Below are positions 44,071-55,919 of a stretch of 64,000 nucleotides of DNA, in pieces; the stretch's first letter is position 1; each line of letters opens with the position of its first letter. This DNA is from Microbotryum violaceum (Eukaryota): positions 372,001-436,000 of the forward strand of contig CDLV01000008.1 in NCBI GenBank assembly GCA_001244265.2, given 5' to 3'. The notes beneath the pieces were generated by a model, which ran no database searches, was not told where the DNA came from, and saw only the letters and a list, made by a program, of their open reading frames with translations. The position numbers and the translations under genes were made by a program.

Positions 44071-45988
44071 CTAATAAAAGAACTTGATGGCGGGACCAGC
44101 GACGGTGTTGTTGTTCGAGAGACTGTTCTCCGACGTCGTGACCATGATGTAAGTCGGGCCTCGCAGGTTCTTGGGAGCCTGAACTTGCCAGTTGGCACCA
44201 CTCTTAACGGGCTCGAGGGGAACGTAGGTGGTCACGCCGTTGTTAAGGAAGGCGGCGTAGTACTCCTTGGGAGCCATCTTGCTTTTGGGTGCCATTTTGC
44301 CCTTGGGTGCCTTGGCGGCGCTGTCGTCGTTGGCGTCGTTGGGGACCGCTGCGTCGTTGGCGTCGTTGGAGACCGCTGCGTCGTTGGCGTCGTTGGAGAC
44401 CGCTGCGTCGTTGGCGTCGTTGGAGACCGGGAGGCCGGAGAACTGGAGCACGAGGGTGGAGCCCTTGCTAACCACAAAGGGGAAGCCCTTGCTAGCCTCG
44501 GGTTTGACGATGGTCAGCCCAGCGAAGGGGTGGAGATCGTCGGGGAGGGGCTTGTTCTTGACACCGTCGCATTTGTCGATCTTGATCATGCTGTGGGCGA
44601 GGCTGTTCCAGCGTACCGGGGAGCAGCCACCAGACAGAGATCAGCACGATGAATCCGACAAGATCAGGATATAACTCACGTCCAAGCTTGTTTGTAGTTG
44701 AGCGCGGTCTCGAACGAGGTGGAGTAACCATTTAGGCCCAGAGATTCGGAGAGGAACGTCCCGTGACGTGCCTCGTTGACCAAGATTGATCCGGAAGCCT
44801 CGATCAATTCGGGCGTGGACAAGAGAGAGGTCGCGCCGAGGTAAGTTGAAGCGCCGACGGTCTCCAATATAAGAGAGGTATAAACGAAGTCCTCGGCGCT
44901 GTTCAAGCTTCCACCGAAATCATACTCGCAGGCGGAGACGGCGTGGTCACCGAGCGCCTTCTTCAAGGCCTTGACGTGGTCCGACTCCTGAGAGGCGATG
45001 GATTGCAAGTGCTCGTACATCTTGGGCCAGGTTTCGAAATCTTTCTTCGTGAAATGATTCACACCTTGTAAGCTACGAGGAATGGAATGGAGCAGCCATC
45101 CGTATGATTCATCGCGGTGTTTCGAGCGAGTACAACGAGTTCAGGAGAGGGGCGGGGAAGGCGCGGTCAGTTCAAAAGTTGGGGTATGCGCAAGTGTAAC
45201 TGGGTATGGTGAGGCAAAAAACTTACAAGAAGCTCGATTCCATGAGCTGTTCGGGCGGTTAAAAGAGCGTGAAAGGTATGCGTGAGTCGTCAGCTGTAGT
45301 CTGTCATCTTGGCCTGAGGCTGGGAGCAACCCACCTCGAGTGTGAGAGCTACAAATAGAGAGAAGTTGCAGCATCAGTGGGGATTCACGATAGCTGTCAT
45401 ACAGTAGGTTTACAGCGTATGTCGGACCAGTGCAAGGACGAAGCGATGACCTGCGCCGCCGACGTGTGCACTCAGGCGCTCAGGGGCGAGGACACCGCCC
45501 TCAGGGGTGTGCGCTGAGGGGCGAGGACACCGCCTGCAGGGGTGTCTCAGACGGTCTTTGAACCACACCACTGCCCAGAGCCCCACGACAGCGGACTCAC
45601 CGAAATTCATGAGCTTCAAATCCATGAGCTTGACATGTTGACTCTTCTTGGGTACCTTGGTGATATGCTTGTGCTCGTGATGGTGGTGATCGCCTTTGCC
45701 TTTAGCAGAGTGGGGTTGGCTGGGGTACTGGTCATGGCTGTGATCGCCTTTGCCATGGTGGGGGGGGTACTGGCCATGTTCGTGATCGCCTTTGCCTTTA
45801 GCGGGGGGGTACTGCCCATGTTCGTGATCGCCTTTGCCATGGTGGGGGGGGTACTGGCCATGTTTGTGATCGCCTTTGCCTTTAGCGGGGGGGTGTGGGG
45901 GGGGTTGCTCGGCGCGAGGGTAAGCGGCGGCAGCCATAGGGGAAGCGACGGCAAGCGCAATGGCGACGAGGGCGAGAACGGAACGCAT
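44071..45988 (-). CDS. Secreted ferritin-like (Ferritin_2/Rds1-type) protein with His-rich N-terminal repeats, 5 exons
   Basis: Signal peptide MRSVLALVAIALAVASPMAAAA. Spliced domain DLKLMNF|ALTLE|LMESSF|FLQG..IASQESDHVKAL..ACEYDFG..ILETVGASTYLGA..SILVNEARH..FETAL, ending in the typical VAGPA motif. Confidence 0.88.
44321..44428. repeat. 4 x 27-bp coding tandem repeat ((S/P)NDANDAAV)
   Basis: gcgtcgttggcgtcgttggagaccgct recurs with a 27-nt period. Confidence 0.95.
45670..45900. repeat. Coding repeats GKGDH(K/E/S/H)H(G/D)QYPP
   Basis: gtgatcgcctttgcc occurs five times, with a higher-order period of about 84 nt. Confidence 0.95.
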
Positions 45989-46169
45989 GATGATGGTGGT
46001 GAGGGGAAAGGGAAAGATAATCTAAAGGGTGGACAGGGAGGGTATCAAGATGATGGTCTACGATGAGGGTTCCCAGAGAGCACGATGGAGAAGGAGAGAA
46101 AGAGCGAAAGAGACACGCCGAATCACATTCTCACCTTCACAGCCTCTTGGCGCGCGGTAGAAACGGTAC

Positions 46170-46425
46170 TAGGACCCGGGAAAGCTCAGCCGAAGGTGTG
46201 TCTCGAAAACACCCGTTTTTGGGGCCGAGTTGTACACCGAATATCCCTATCAAGGGGTAAGTGTATTGCGGCGTAAGACCAGATTATCGAGTTATGTTAA
46301 AAAAGTTACTCTACCATCAAAGAACTAGGTCATGTAGCATAGCATATTAAGGCATACATACATAAATGGGCCCGAAAAGTATAAATCTTCGAGACGCACA
46401 TTGGGCTGAGCTTTCCCGGGTCCTA
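46170..46425. mobile_element. MITE-like non-autonomous DNA transposon of about 256 bp
   Basis: The terminal inverted repeat TAGGACCCGGGAAAGCTCAGCC is perfect for 22 bp, with imperfect similarity to about 65 bp. The core is AT-rich and non-coding. The element is flanked by the direct repeat CGGTAC (or by TA if the terminal TA is the TSD). Confidence 0.85.
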
Positions 46426-47075
46426 CGGTACCGGACGGTACCATACCGGCTCCTGAGTGCCCCTGAGTTGAATGAAAGGAGACATGTTTGGTGATCCCTC
46501 GCGCTGGCTGCTCGGTTTTGCCCCACGTGTCTCTAACGCCCGAACGGTCCCTTGAACATCCTCCATCGGCACAGTCAACAAGGATGGTCGACGTCGTGGC
46601 CGAGATGATCGTGCGCACGTACGCAATGGCCGAGTCGGGCCTGCCCTGAGCCACACAACTCGCTAGACTGCAAGCACCTTGTGACCATATAGTGGGAAAT
46701 GCGGACGGTTCGGTATTTACTGGCACAGTCTAGCACAGTTCGCACGTTGCCCAAATGGTTGTTTCAGGTTGATCTCGACTGAGTCGTCTAAAAGGTGTCC
46801 AGGAAAGAGAGACAATCCAAAGGTACTGTGACAAATCTATTCAAACGAGAGGAGAGCAAGTCGTCTCAGTTGTGGGCAAAGCCCGTGGGAGGGGCGCACC
46901 CCTCACAATTGTGGCAGCATGGCGCCTGTGTGGTGGCGGGGCCTCTGCCCGGTAGGACGTTCAAAAGTGGCTGTCACAGGACCGCGTCATCTAGATGAGG
47001 CTCATGCCTTTAAAAATCATTGATATTGCGCGAATCGGTGTGTACAAAGGCTATTTTAGAGTTGCTGAATCGAAA

Positions 47076-47887
47076 TCACCCCCTGACTACGGCGATGGGA
47101 TTGGCTCTCCGGTCCGAATGCCCTTGAGCGGCTTGCAACGCGAGGATACCCGTCAGGGAGACCTATAGAGAGTATAAAGTCGGGATCAATCGTATGAGTG
47201 CCTTTTATACGTCATGGCTTCCGAACATGATCAAACAGACTGACGCAGATGATGAGGTTGCTCGCGGCGATGGATTGCAACGCCTCGGTCGTCCGAAATT
47301 GCGCCGTGGTTGTGGTCGTGCCACCGAGTCCGGGCAGGTACGCGAGGGCAGTTCGTACGTTGGAAGCATAGACGGATAGTCCGGATGCCAAAAGGACTGC
47401 AAGGTGCGAACGTGGGCAGAGATTGAGCTTGGACCGATGACGTCGATGACTGCTCGCTCGCTCTTGAGCTACCGGGAGACGACTTACGGAACGAAGCCCC
47501 ATCAAAGAGCATCCCCTTGAGCGGATTCATACTGAGCTTGATCAAGCAACTCAACAGTGCCGACCCAGCCAAAGCGGCCAATCCAAGCGGGTACACGGCC
47601 GAGCTCTGCAAGGCGAGATGGGAGTAGTAGGCCAACGCGCGGTCGACCGAGGCTTGCGAGACGGCCGGTCCTTGCCATATGATGTAGTAGTCGACGATCC
47701 AATGGGTGAAGAAGGAACCGAGAAGGATGGAGGAGGAGACGAAGATGACCTTGTTGAGGGCCCAGTCGACGAGGTTGCCTGAGATCAGTGCTCGCGAGGG
47801 GTATCGTGATGACGGGTCCGGGCCGGGTGACGATGCCCGCACGACGGCGGCTGATGTCGACGGTGTTGGCGGTGTGTATTTGGCCAT
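47076..47887 (-). CDS. SHR3: ER membrane packaging chaperone Shr3, 3 exons
   Basis: SSSILLGSFFTHWIVDYYIIW..ALAYY, LIKL..MLFDGASF, EALQSIAASNLIIC|VSLTGILALQAA; four TM segments. Confidence 0.88.
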
Positions 47888-48276
47888 GGTGGTGAGTGGA
47901 TGGGCGAAGATCCCAGGTTGTGAGACTGTGAATGACCGGGGGATAGGAAGCGGGGAGGCCAAGGCTGAGCGCGAGTGTCACGAATGTGGAGCTTCGCTTC
48001 CGTTCTCCGCGCCGCAGTCGTGCCGCTGTCTGCCGCTGTATATGAGGGGTGGGGCCTGGTCGTGCCGCCAGCGGGGGTGCCAGCACGGCAGCAGGGGTGC
48101 CAGAAAGTGCCGCCCATTCACGCGCAAGCTTAAACCCAGATTTCCGGCGCTCCCTCCTGGAGACCTTGCCCTTGTGCTCGCTGCTCCCTTCCGCTCCCTG
48201 CCGCTCCGTTGGTTTTGGATCGTCCCCTTCGCGTCTCACAGAAAGAGGAAACCAGAGGCAAGCTCTCCATCCCACC

Positions 48277-49365
48277 ATGGCCCACGTCACAGCGCAAGAA
48301 GCGAGCCGTATCATCTCGCACATGAACGCCGACCACGCGCCGTCGTTGAGCCACTATCTCGAGCACTTTGCCCACGCGCCGGCTCGAGTCGCAGCGCTCG
48401 CACCGCGGATCATCGAGTTCTCGACCGACGAGATGGCCATCGAGTATGGGCCACAGGTTCAAAGGAGGACATGGCATTACACGTTCGATCCTCCCATGTA
48501 CGCTGGCCAGGCGAGGAAGCGGCTCGAGGCCATGCATTCCGAAGCGCGCAAACAGCTCGGATTGGTCAGTGTCGCACTCTCCGACAAAGTCGCCGAACTC
48601 GAATCGCCGAACGGGCAGGCCGAAGTCGAGATCGGACTCGAGGTATCGTCTTGACAAGACGAGGATCAATTGACTATTATTCTTGCATGCATCACAGAGT
48701 GACGTGACCATCGACGACGTTCGACTTCCCACACTCACCCGTCAGTTCAAGCATTCCCAAAGAAATGAGAGGGGAGAGAGAGAGAGAGAGAGAGAAAAAA
48801 ATCTAGATCTGACGTGCTCCTTCTGCCCCCGTATGGTTCCCACTGTACAGTCGTCATCACGCTCGTATTGACCTTGATGCAAATATTTGTCCTCTTGGCC
48901 CCCAACACGACCGTCATCAACTTTCTCCCCTGGCTCAAACCACTTGTCGTGCGTGGGCTGAACGCCCTCGGCTATGTCCCGACGGCCGACCGCGTCGCCT
49001 TGGGCATCAAACTCGCCTTGCTCGGTCCCTTGTTCGGAGTCAGTCCAACACGACATTAGCGACCACCAAAAGATGACAGAGTCGCTCATAGAGTTCTTCC
49101 TTGCATACGCAGGCCCATACGCTCGAGATCTTCTTCTCGCTCAACCCTTTGCTCAAGCGCTACAACGTCCAGAACCCGACCGCTCGAGCCCTCTATGTAG
49201 GTCCAAGCTCCTCCGGAACTCCACCGTAATATCTCGACTGACCTCTGAATAAATCTCGTTTACCAGACGGTCCTCACCTTCTTTGGTGGCTTCCCCATTT
49301 GGACGGCGTTGAAAGCGCGAGGGGAAAAATTGGAGCATAAATTGAACGAGGGTAAATCGCATTAG
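48277..49365 (+). CDS. DUF2470-domain membrane protein, 5 exons
   Basis: SRIISHMNADHAPSLSHYLEH..FDPPM..ARKRLEAMHSEARKQLG, followed by TM segments with AHTLE..L.RYNV..FFGGFPIW. Confidence 0.85.
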
Positions 49366-49611
49366 TCATAGCAGTAGTGCTGCCTACCTCGGATGAGGGC
49401 ATGGGGAACGAGAGAAAAAAATTGTCAAAATTATGTGTTGCTTTTTTGTGGATTTCAAAAGAAACACCAAAAAAGTCTATCAAAGCTCGGTGGTGTCTGC
49501 TCGGAGGAAATCGATCGTCGGAGGAAATCGATCGTTCCGGGCAACGCGCTCTTGCTCCGCTCACCACTCGACTCGGTCTTGTCCACCACCGTCTCACCTC
49601 ACTTCTTACAG

Positions 49612-50518
49612 ATGGCCGCCCCCGCTACCGCCCCCGCTGCATCCAAATTCCAAGCCTTATGGAACCATCCCGCAGGTATGGTCCACGTGCTCCCAAAGTG
49701 TGCTGAGTGAGCTGCCAAGCTGACGTAGTGCTGTCCCGTCTGTCGTGTCTCTCTCCCCAACGCGTGCTCTCCTCGTCGACCGCGCTGCTCTCGGCTTCTC
49801 GTGAGCGTCGTCGTCGTCGTTGCCTACCTATTTCTGGCTTGTGGTATATTAGGTCCCAAGTAAGTACTAAAGCTTCACGTCGCCGCGTCTAGCCGCACTG
49901 ACTTGGGCTGCATCCACCACCCGCTCGTCTCTCCAGGACCGTCTTCTTCTGGGCGCCCGTGTTCAAGTGGTTCGTTCCCACAGAGATCCCTCCAAGGCCC
50001 CACGCTGTGGACCGGAAGTTGATCATTGCGTTTCGCATTGCTTCACGAATAGGGGATTGGTCGTTGCCGGCTTGAAGGACTTGTCGAGGCCAGCGGACAA
50101 GATCTCGATCCCTCAAAACCTGGGTCCGTAACCGTAATTTCTAATCGGTGCTCGGAGCGAACGAAAAGCAACTTACCTTGTTTGGAATGCCTTTTTTTAG
50201 CTCTGACTGCAACGGGTTTGATCTGGGTGCGTTACTCGTTCGTTATCACGCCCGTCAATTACTCGTTGGCGGCCGTCAACGCTTTCGTCGGAGCGACGGG
50301 GATCGCTAGTTTGTCTCGAGCGTTTGCGTCAGTCCTACCTCACGAAACAAAGATTTCAGAAGGTTGGAACCTGACTCGTATTGTATTTGGTGTGGCTCAG
50401 ATGGAAGTACATGACGCCGGAGGAACAGATGAAGGTGCGCGCCGAGCGGGCAGCTCAAGAGGCCAAGAATGCGGCGCTAAAGCTCAAGGACCAGGCTGTC
50501 GACAAGATCAAGGCTTGA
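49612..50518 (+). CDS. MPC2: Mitochondrial pyruvate carrier (MPC2/3 type), 6 exons
   Basis: WNHPAGPKTVFFWAPVFKWGLVVAGLKDLSRPADKISIPQNLALTATGLIWVRYSFVITPVNYSLAAVN; includes a 7-nt micro-exon at 49853-49859. Confidence 0.95.
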
Positions 50519-50724
50519 GATCGTCCGTGCACATCCACGAGGAGAATTAGATGGTGTCGAGTTTCTGGTTTCTTCGGTGTTTTTGTGTGTATTGTTGGCT
50601 GCAACGGGAGGAGGAAGCGTATCATTGTAAAGTACGGTCGCGGCTCGCGGAACGAACGTATGAAGAGGCAACTCGGAGGATGCCAGCAGGAGATGATGGT
50701 AACAATGTACAACTGCCAAAAACC

Positions 50725-51818
50725 CTAATCTTGATCGACCTCCATCGTCTCGTCCTTACTCCCCTCGACACCGACATCCTTCCCCTTCTTCGATTCCTCC
50801 TCCAACCCTTCCAAAGCCGACTCGACGTCCCCTAAACCGCCGACCTTTTCTTGGGCCCATTCTTCATCCGCCTCTTCCTGGGGAGCCTTGGGTAAGCCAG
50901 CTAAAGGATCCACGGTCTCTTCTGGATCATGGTACCATATCGAACGGGATGCTTTGGCCGCTTCGGAAGAGGTCGTGTGTAGTGCTGAGAGCGAGTTGAT
51001 GGAATCCAGTAGGAGCTTGAGACGAGGTTGGGTCAGACCCGGTTCCTATGAGACGTCGATCAAAAGCGTCAAAAGTTGCCCATTTTTTGCCAAAGAACCC
51101 GTTCTGCACCTCCAACCGATCAATTCGAACTCACCTCGGCCAAGGTGCCCAAACCGGTCCCAAACTCCTTGACGAATTGATCCCTCCAATAGGTGCCAAA
51201 CTTTTGCTGCCTCTCATCGAATTGTTCCTCCATCTCCTTCTTCTCCTTCTCCCTCTTCGCTTCTTCTTCTTGCACGTCCCCCCAAATGAAAGCTTTCAAC
51301 AAGTCGTCACCCTGGGGCAAAGGTTTGATAGCGGGGAAGAGGTCCATCCCCAAAGGGACATTCATAAGATCGGGGGAAGGTGAACGAGAGGGAAAAGGTC
51401 GGGGACGGGAAATACCCGCACCCGCGCCGCCGGAGGTCGGGTTGGAGGTCGAAGTTGTGTTTGTGGTTGTGGTTGGGTTGGGGGGTTTAGAAGCTTGTTT
51501 GGCTTGCTTCTTGCGTTCTCGAGCTCGTCGACGACGCGTCGAAGGGTCCAGGTCCAGGTCAGAGTCAGAGTCCGAATCCGAATCGGATGAAGACGACGAT
51601 GACGAAGAGGAGGAAGAAGATGAGGATGAGGACGAAGACGAAGAAGCCTCGGAAGAAGCAGCCTCTACATCTTTCTCCGCTCCATCGATTGCTTCAGACG
51701 ACGACGATTCATCCGACGACGACGACGAGTCCGAATCAGAGGAATCCTGTTGACGACGACGACGGACACGTTTCCGCTTGTTGGTCTTGAAAGCACCACC
51801 TGATGCTGCAGCGACCAT
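50725..51818 (-). CDS. Ribosome assembly protein Rsa3-like, 2 exons
   Basis: Basic NLS KRKRVRRRR, poly-Ser/acidic tract, and an Rsa3-like core KFGTYWRDQFVKEFGTGLGTLAE|EPGLTQPRLKLLLDSI. Confidence 0.75.
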
Positions 51819-52318
51819 GATTACGTGGCGTGATGGGGTGCAAGTGGGGATGTGCGAAAAGGGGTAATGACGGCGTCGAGGAGGAGAGAGCGCGTGACTC
51901 GCCACGAGGCTGCGAAGCACTGCGCTCCCGGAGACGGCGTCCTGCAGGCCGTAAGCGAACGCATCTAATGCTCGCCGCATCTCACACTTTACGCGCGGAC
52001 ACTTCTTACCGTCGCTTCGGATAACGACAGCATTGCAAAATTGACCATGCGCAAATAACCAGTGGCCAAGACTGTAGCAACCAGCTTCAACAGCTCTCCT
52101 TCCGCCGACTCGGAGAGCACCGAGCCCATCCGAGAAGATTATGAAATCCCATTTCAGAAACCAAAAAAAGGCCGCCCAACTGTCCCCCACCATCGTCCAG
52201 CATACACGTTCTCCATCTACCAAAGCTCTCCAAGTTACATCGCTTTACTCTCTTGATCTTGCGCTCCATCTCCTCTCCATTGTCGATTCGATCGATCCTT
52301 TCGTTCTCCAGTCGTTGT

Positions 52319-53234
52319 TTACTTCAGCTTGGCAAAGATTTTGGGTGCGGCGCAGTCCTCGACGCAGTGCACTGTAGGAAAGGTGAAAAAAGACGACGTC
52401 AGTATAGGGCCACCCCTGTCTCTGAAAGACCGCAAGCGCGGAGGCGTCGCGTAGGGCCCTGTAGAGGGAACTAACTCAGGTGAACTGCATTGAGCACACA
52501 AAGAGAGGGAACTGATCAGTTATCGCCTTTATGGAAACGATCAATTTCAAGCTCGAGCTGCACTAACACAACTCCTCGACGCAGTTCTCCCCCTCGATCA
52601 GGGTCTGGCCAGCCTGCACTCGCTTCTGGCAGTGGTCGAAATGGTGCTTGTAGGTCCCACACGGCTTCTCGGCGCATGCTGCTCAAGGGGGCCAACGCGG
52701 AGATGGAAGGGTTAGATCTGGGATGAACAGGAGCAGGCCGAGGGTTGCGGCGAAGGGCGTTCACGCACCGTCTCGGATTGCGGGTGCTTCCTACGTAGCG
52801 GGATGAGCGGGGGTAGTTATGGTCAGTGCCTTGTCCCCTCTTGTGATTGTGATTGATCAAAGTGCGCTGTGTATGCCGGGTGAAGGTGCATGGCCGGCCC
52901 GTGGGCTAGATCGCGCCCAATCAGACCTCTTGCGAATCGTTCCGGCCCGATCTCACCCCCCGCCCCGTGCTCAGCAACCACCTCCGCCATGCCATGTCCC
53001 CTCCAACCCCATCGCATCGCCGCACCCGAGTCAATCAAAGCAAAGAATACTCACATCCTCAGGCTCCTCCTCCTCTTCCTCCTCCTCTCCCTCCTCCTCA
53101 GCCGCTTCAGCCTGGTCCTCGTCGGCCCCACGTCCAGCCTCAACGGACGACGACACCACCTCCGCGACGTCCTTGGCCTCCTCGGCGTGCAACGTGAACG
53201 AGTCCTTGAGCGATTCAAACAAGGTCGAGAACAT
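52319..53234 (-). CDS. QCR6: Ubiquinol-cytochrome c reductase hinge subunit, 5 exons
   Basis: Acidic N-terminus, then EAPAIRDACAEKPCGTYKHHFDHCQKRV..GENCVEELFHLMHCVEDCAAPKIFAKLK*. Confidence 0.96.
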
Positions 53235-53843
53235 GGTCGGTCGTGGGGTAGCGCAAAAGGTTGGGTTGGGTTGGGGGGGGTGAGTTGTTGAGAGCGGCGG
53301 GCTCTGCTTTCGGCGCGGCGGAACCGACGGCGCGCGTCTTCCCCGTGCGAATTGACCAATTACCTTGGCTATATACAGCACCCCAAGTGCCTATCGCTCA
53401 TTTTGAAGAAAGTAGTTATCCCGTCTCGGCTCGGCTCACACAACTAAAAGCCGAAAATGACCGTACATTACAGTTCTTAGAAATTGAGATTCTTACTTTG
53501 ACCTGGAGCGGGTACGGCAGAAACTTCTGGAGTAATGCATGAGTTGAGGACACTGCAGGACGAGAAAAAGTTTGGTGCTGTCACAGGTACGGAAGCCGCC
53601 CTCGGGTTCGGTGCTGCACGACTATCCTCCGTAGGTGCTCGTCCGTACCCAGAGTCTTTTGGGGGGTCATGGTAGCTTAATAATATTACAACAACTCACA
53701 ACATGGGAGCCTATATTTACTACAGCAACAACATGTATTTTTGTTACTACACTATCATCTCTGGCAAAATCCCGAGTGAGCGAAGGAGCGCCGCGCCCGC
53801 CGGGCAAGGCTGCGGCTACCTCGGCCCCTGACATTTTGTCCTG

Positions 53844-55919
53844 TCAAACGTCAAAGGTCCGGTCCTCGGATTCTTCTTTTATCACTCTGTCAATGGCCAG
53901 GTTGATCTCCAACACCCTTGGTTGACATGGCCCGTTCGAGCGATCCAGCTTGGGCTCCAAGTTCTTCCCCGCTCCGAAAATTCGAGCGAACGTTGCTCCA
54001 AGTTTTCTCCTCGTTCTGATGAAGTTCCCAGCCGCGACAGCAGGTTCTTGCTTTTCCTCTTGGTTCAAGTCCGGTTCAACGGTCCATTCGTCCGATTCCC
54101 TCGTCGTCGGTGCCGCAATGACCGTCTCGACAGTATTCGCACTCGCATCATTTCCATTTACAAAGCCGAGCCATTTGCAGCGCGTCGGACCAATCTCTCG
54201 AAAGGCTTGGTACGTGAGGGCGTTGAAAATGAGCAAAAGGAGAGCGGGATAACTCCAGGGTCCGACGAAAGCGGCGCTTTCGAAGATCCACCACGGTCCG
54301 TACGCGATCGTTAGGGTGCTGGAGGTGACCGTCAAGTGCATCAACGTCGCCACGACGACGATAGCGATGAATCCGGCGGCTAAGGAGAACTGAGAAAGGT
54401 ATGCCAAGGCCTGAGTCAGTACACGGACATCGCTTCAAAAGATCTGGATCCCCAATCAAAGATCCAGTAATTTACAAGCAATAGTTCGGTCCGTGCTCGC
54501 GAGAGAAGGACGATCGTGCGCGCCTTGTCCTTGTAATGGCTGCGGCCCGGTGCTTTAGACATTCTTCGGATCTCCGAGAAGCTGACCTTACTACTTCTAC
54601 CGCCGTCACGAGATCGAGTATTTCCACCGAACAGGGAAGAAAGTCTTTCCCTCCACGTGGCGCGAGACGCAGTACTCTTAGAATTGATGTTGCCCGAGGT
54701 AGCCTCCATCACGCCACGCACAGAGCCAATGGCCACTGAGCTGAAAAGTTGAGCTTTTTGAAATTCGACCTGCCTGTTCAGCGTGCGACATAGGAACAAT
54801 CCAAAGAAGTTCTGAGGCGAGGACGGGCACCTCGTTAGTGAGTGTGATTAGAAATGGTCATAAGTTCGAACTGGGGACTCACCACGACCAGCACAGCGAG
54901 CGCACTCATAATGTTGGGACCCCAAGTGTAGGTCCCTGCCTTCCAGAACTCGTTGTACAAGCAGTGGGTGCGTTCAAGATGTAGCTGCGCCAGTTCGTAA
55001 TTGAGCGCAGGTACATTCAGATAGGCGGCGGCATCCGACTTGAGCAGCGTCATCAGCTGGGTATAACTCTCCCAGAATTTGCTCCCTTTGTACGTGTGGA
55101 CGCTGCCGGCGACGATGCCAAGCACGCTTCCAATCACAAACACTGAAATGAAGAAGACGTTGACGAGGCGAGATGAGACTTTGATACCGGAGTACTTGTC
55201 CGTCGTCAAAAGGAACGTTGTGAAGTTGGACCAGACGAGAATCCACCCATGCTCGCTGCATAGTCCGGATCAAATGCGTGCGGAACACCGGCGTCAGCTA
55301 GAGGAATCTTCGGACTAGACGGAATGCAACTCACAACATGGGGGCTAAACTGAAAGAGATCCAACCCAGGATATGCGACATTGAGCGATGGTAGACGTAC
55401 GTCTCGATCGCGTCGAGACCGAACCCCATCGAGCAAATCCCGGCGAGGATGATGAAGAAGACACCGACGGTACGGTGGTTCGGAATGAGCACTTTGCCCG
55501 AGGGACGCTCCACCTGTGTGAAATGATATAAGAAAAGGAGCTTCAGATGGAGTGCTATTTCGTCAATTAGCCAAGCGGTACGTGAAACAGGGGCGTACTC
55601 GGCGAAAGAGCCAAAAGACTCGCTCCTTGGTCCGATAGGGGCCAGCGGCGCTCCGGGCCTTTGCCCGCCGCTCGTATTGGGACATGCCGAGGTACACGAA
55701 ACTGCTAATAATGAGCCTACAAGGTCCATCATTCAAATGGGTAAGCAAAAAAAAAAAGTGACGATATCTGGAATGACGCGTGCAATCTCGGACCCACAAT
55801 ACGTTGATGGCAACCATGACGATCATGCGAGTCCTGAAGCCCGGGGACGGTGTACGATACACTAGAGCGTCCAGCGAGACCATCATCGTCGTGTATGGAT
55901 TTTCTGTCGTATTCTGCAT
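53844..55919 (-). CDS. Orphan 7-TM membrane protein, tandem paralog A (intact, 6 exons)
   Basis: Six exons splice in frame and encode seven hydrophobic segments. Shares NPY..L...VYRTPSPGF..RM, FWLFRRV.R.SGK..IPNHR, PMFEHGWI.VW...TTFL, KARTI..L.RAR.ELLL and FESA.(F/Y).G.W.Y motifs with paralogs B and C. Confidence 0.85.

Noticed and set aside
19354-48795. Microsatellites (ACG)n at about 19354, (CT)n at about 23398 and (GA)n at about 48774
   Set aside because: These are ordinary intronic simple repeats.
53579-53832. TGTCA...TGACA-bounded segment resembling a solo LTR
   Set aside because: There is no target-site duplication (ggtgc versus ttttg), it overlaps the expected 3' UTR of 7-TM paralog A, and 5-bp inverted ends arise by chance.
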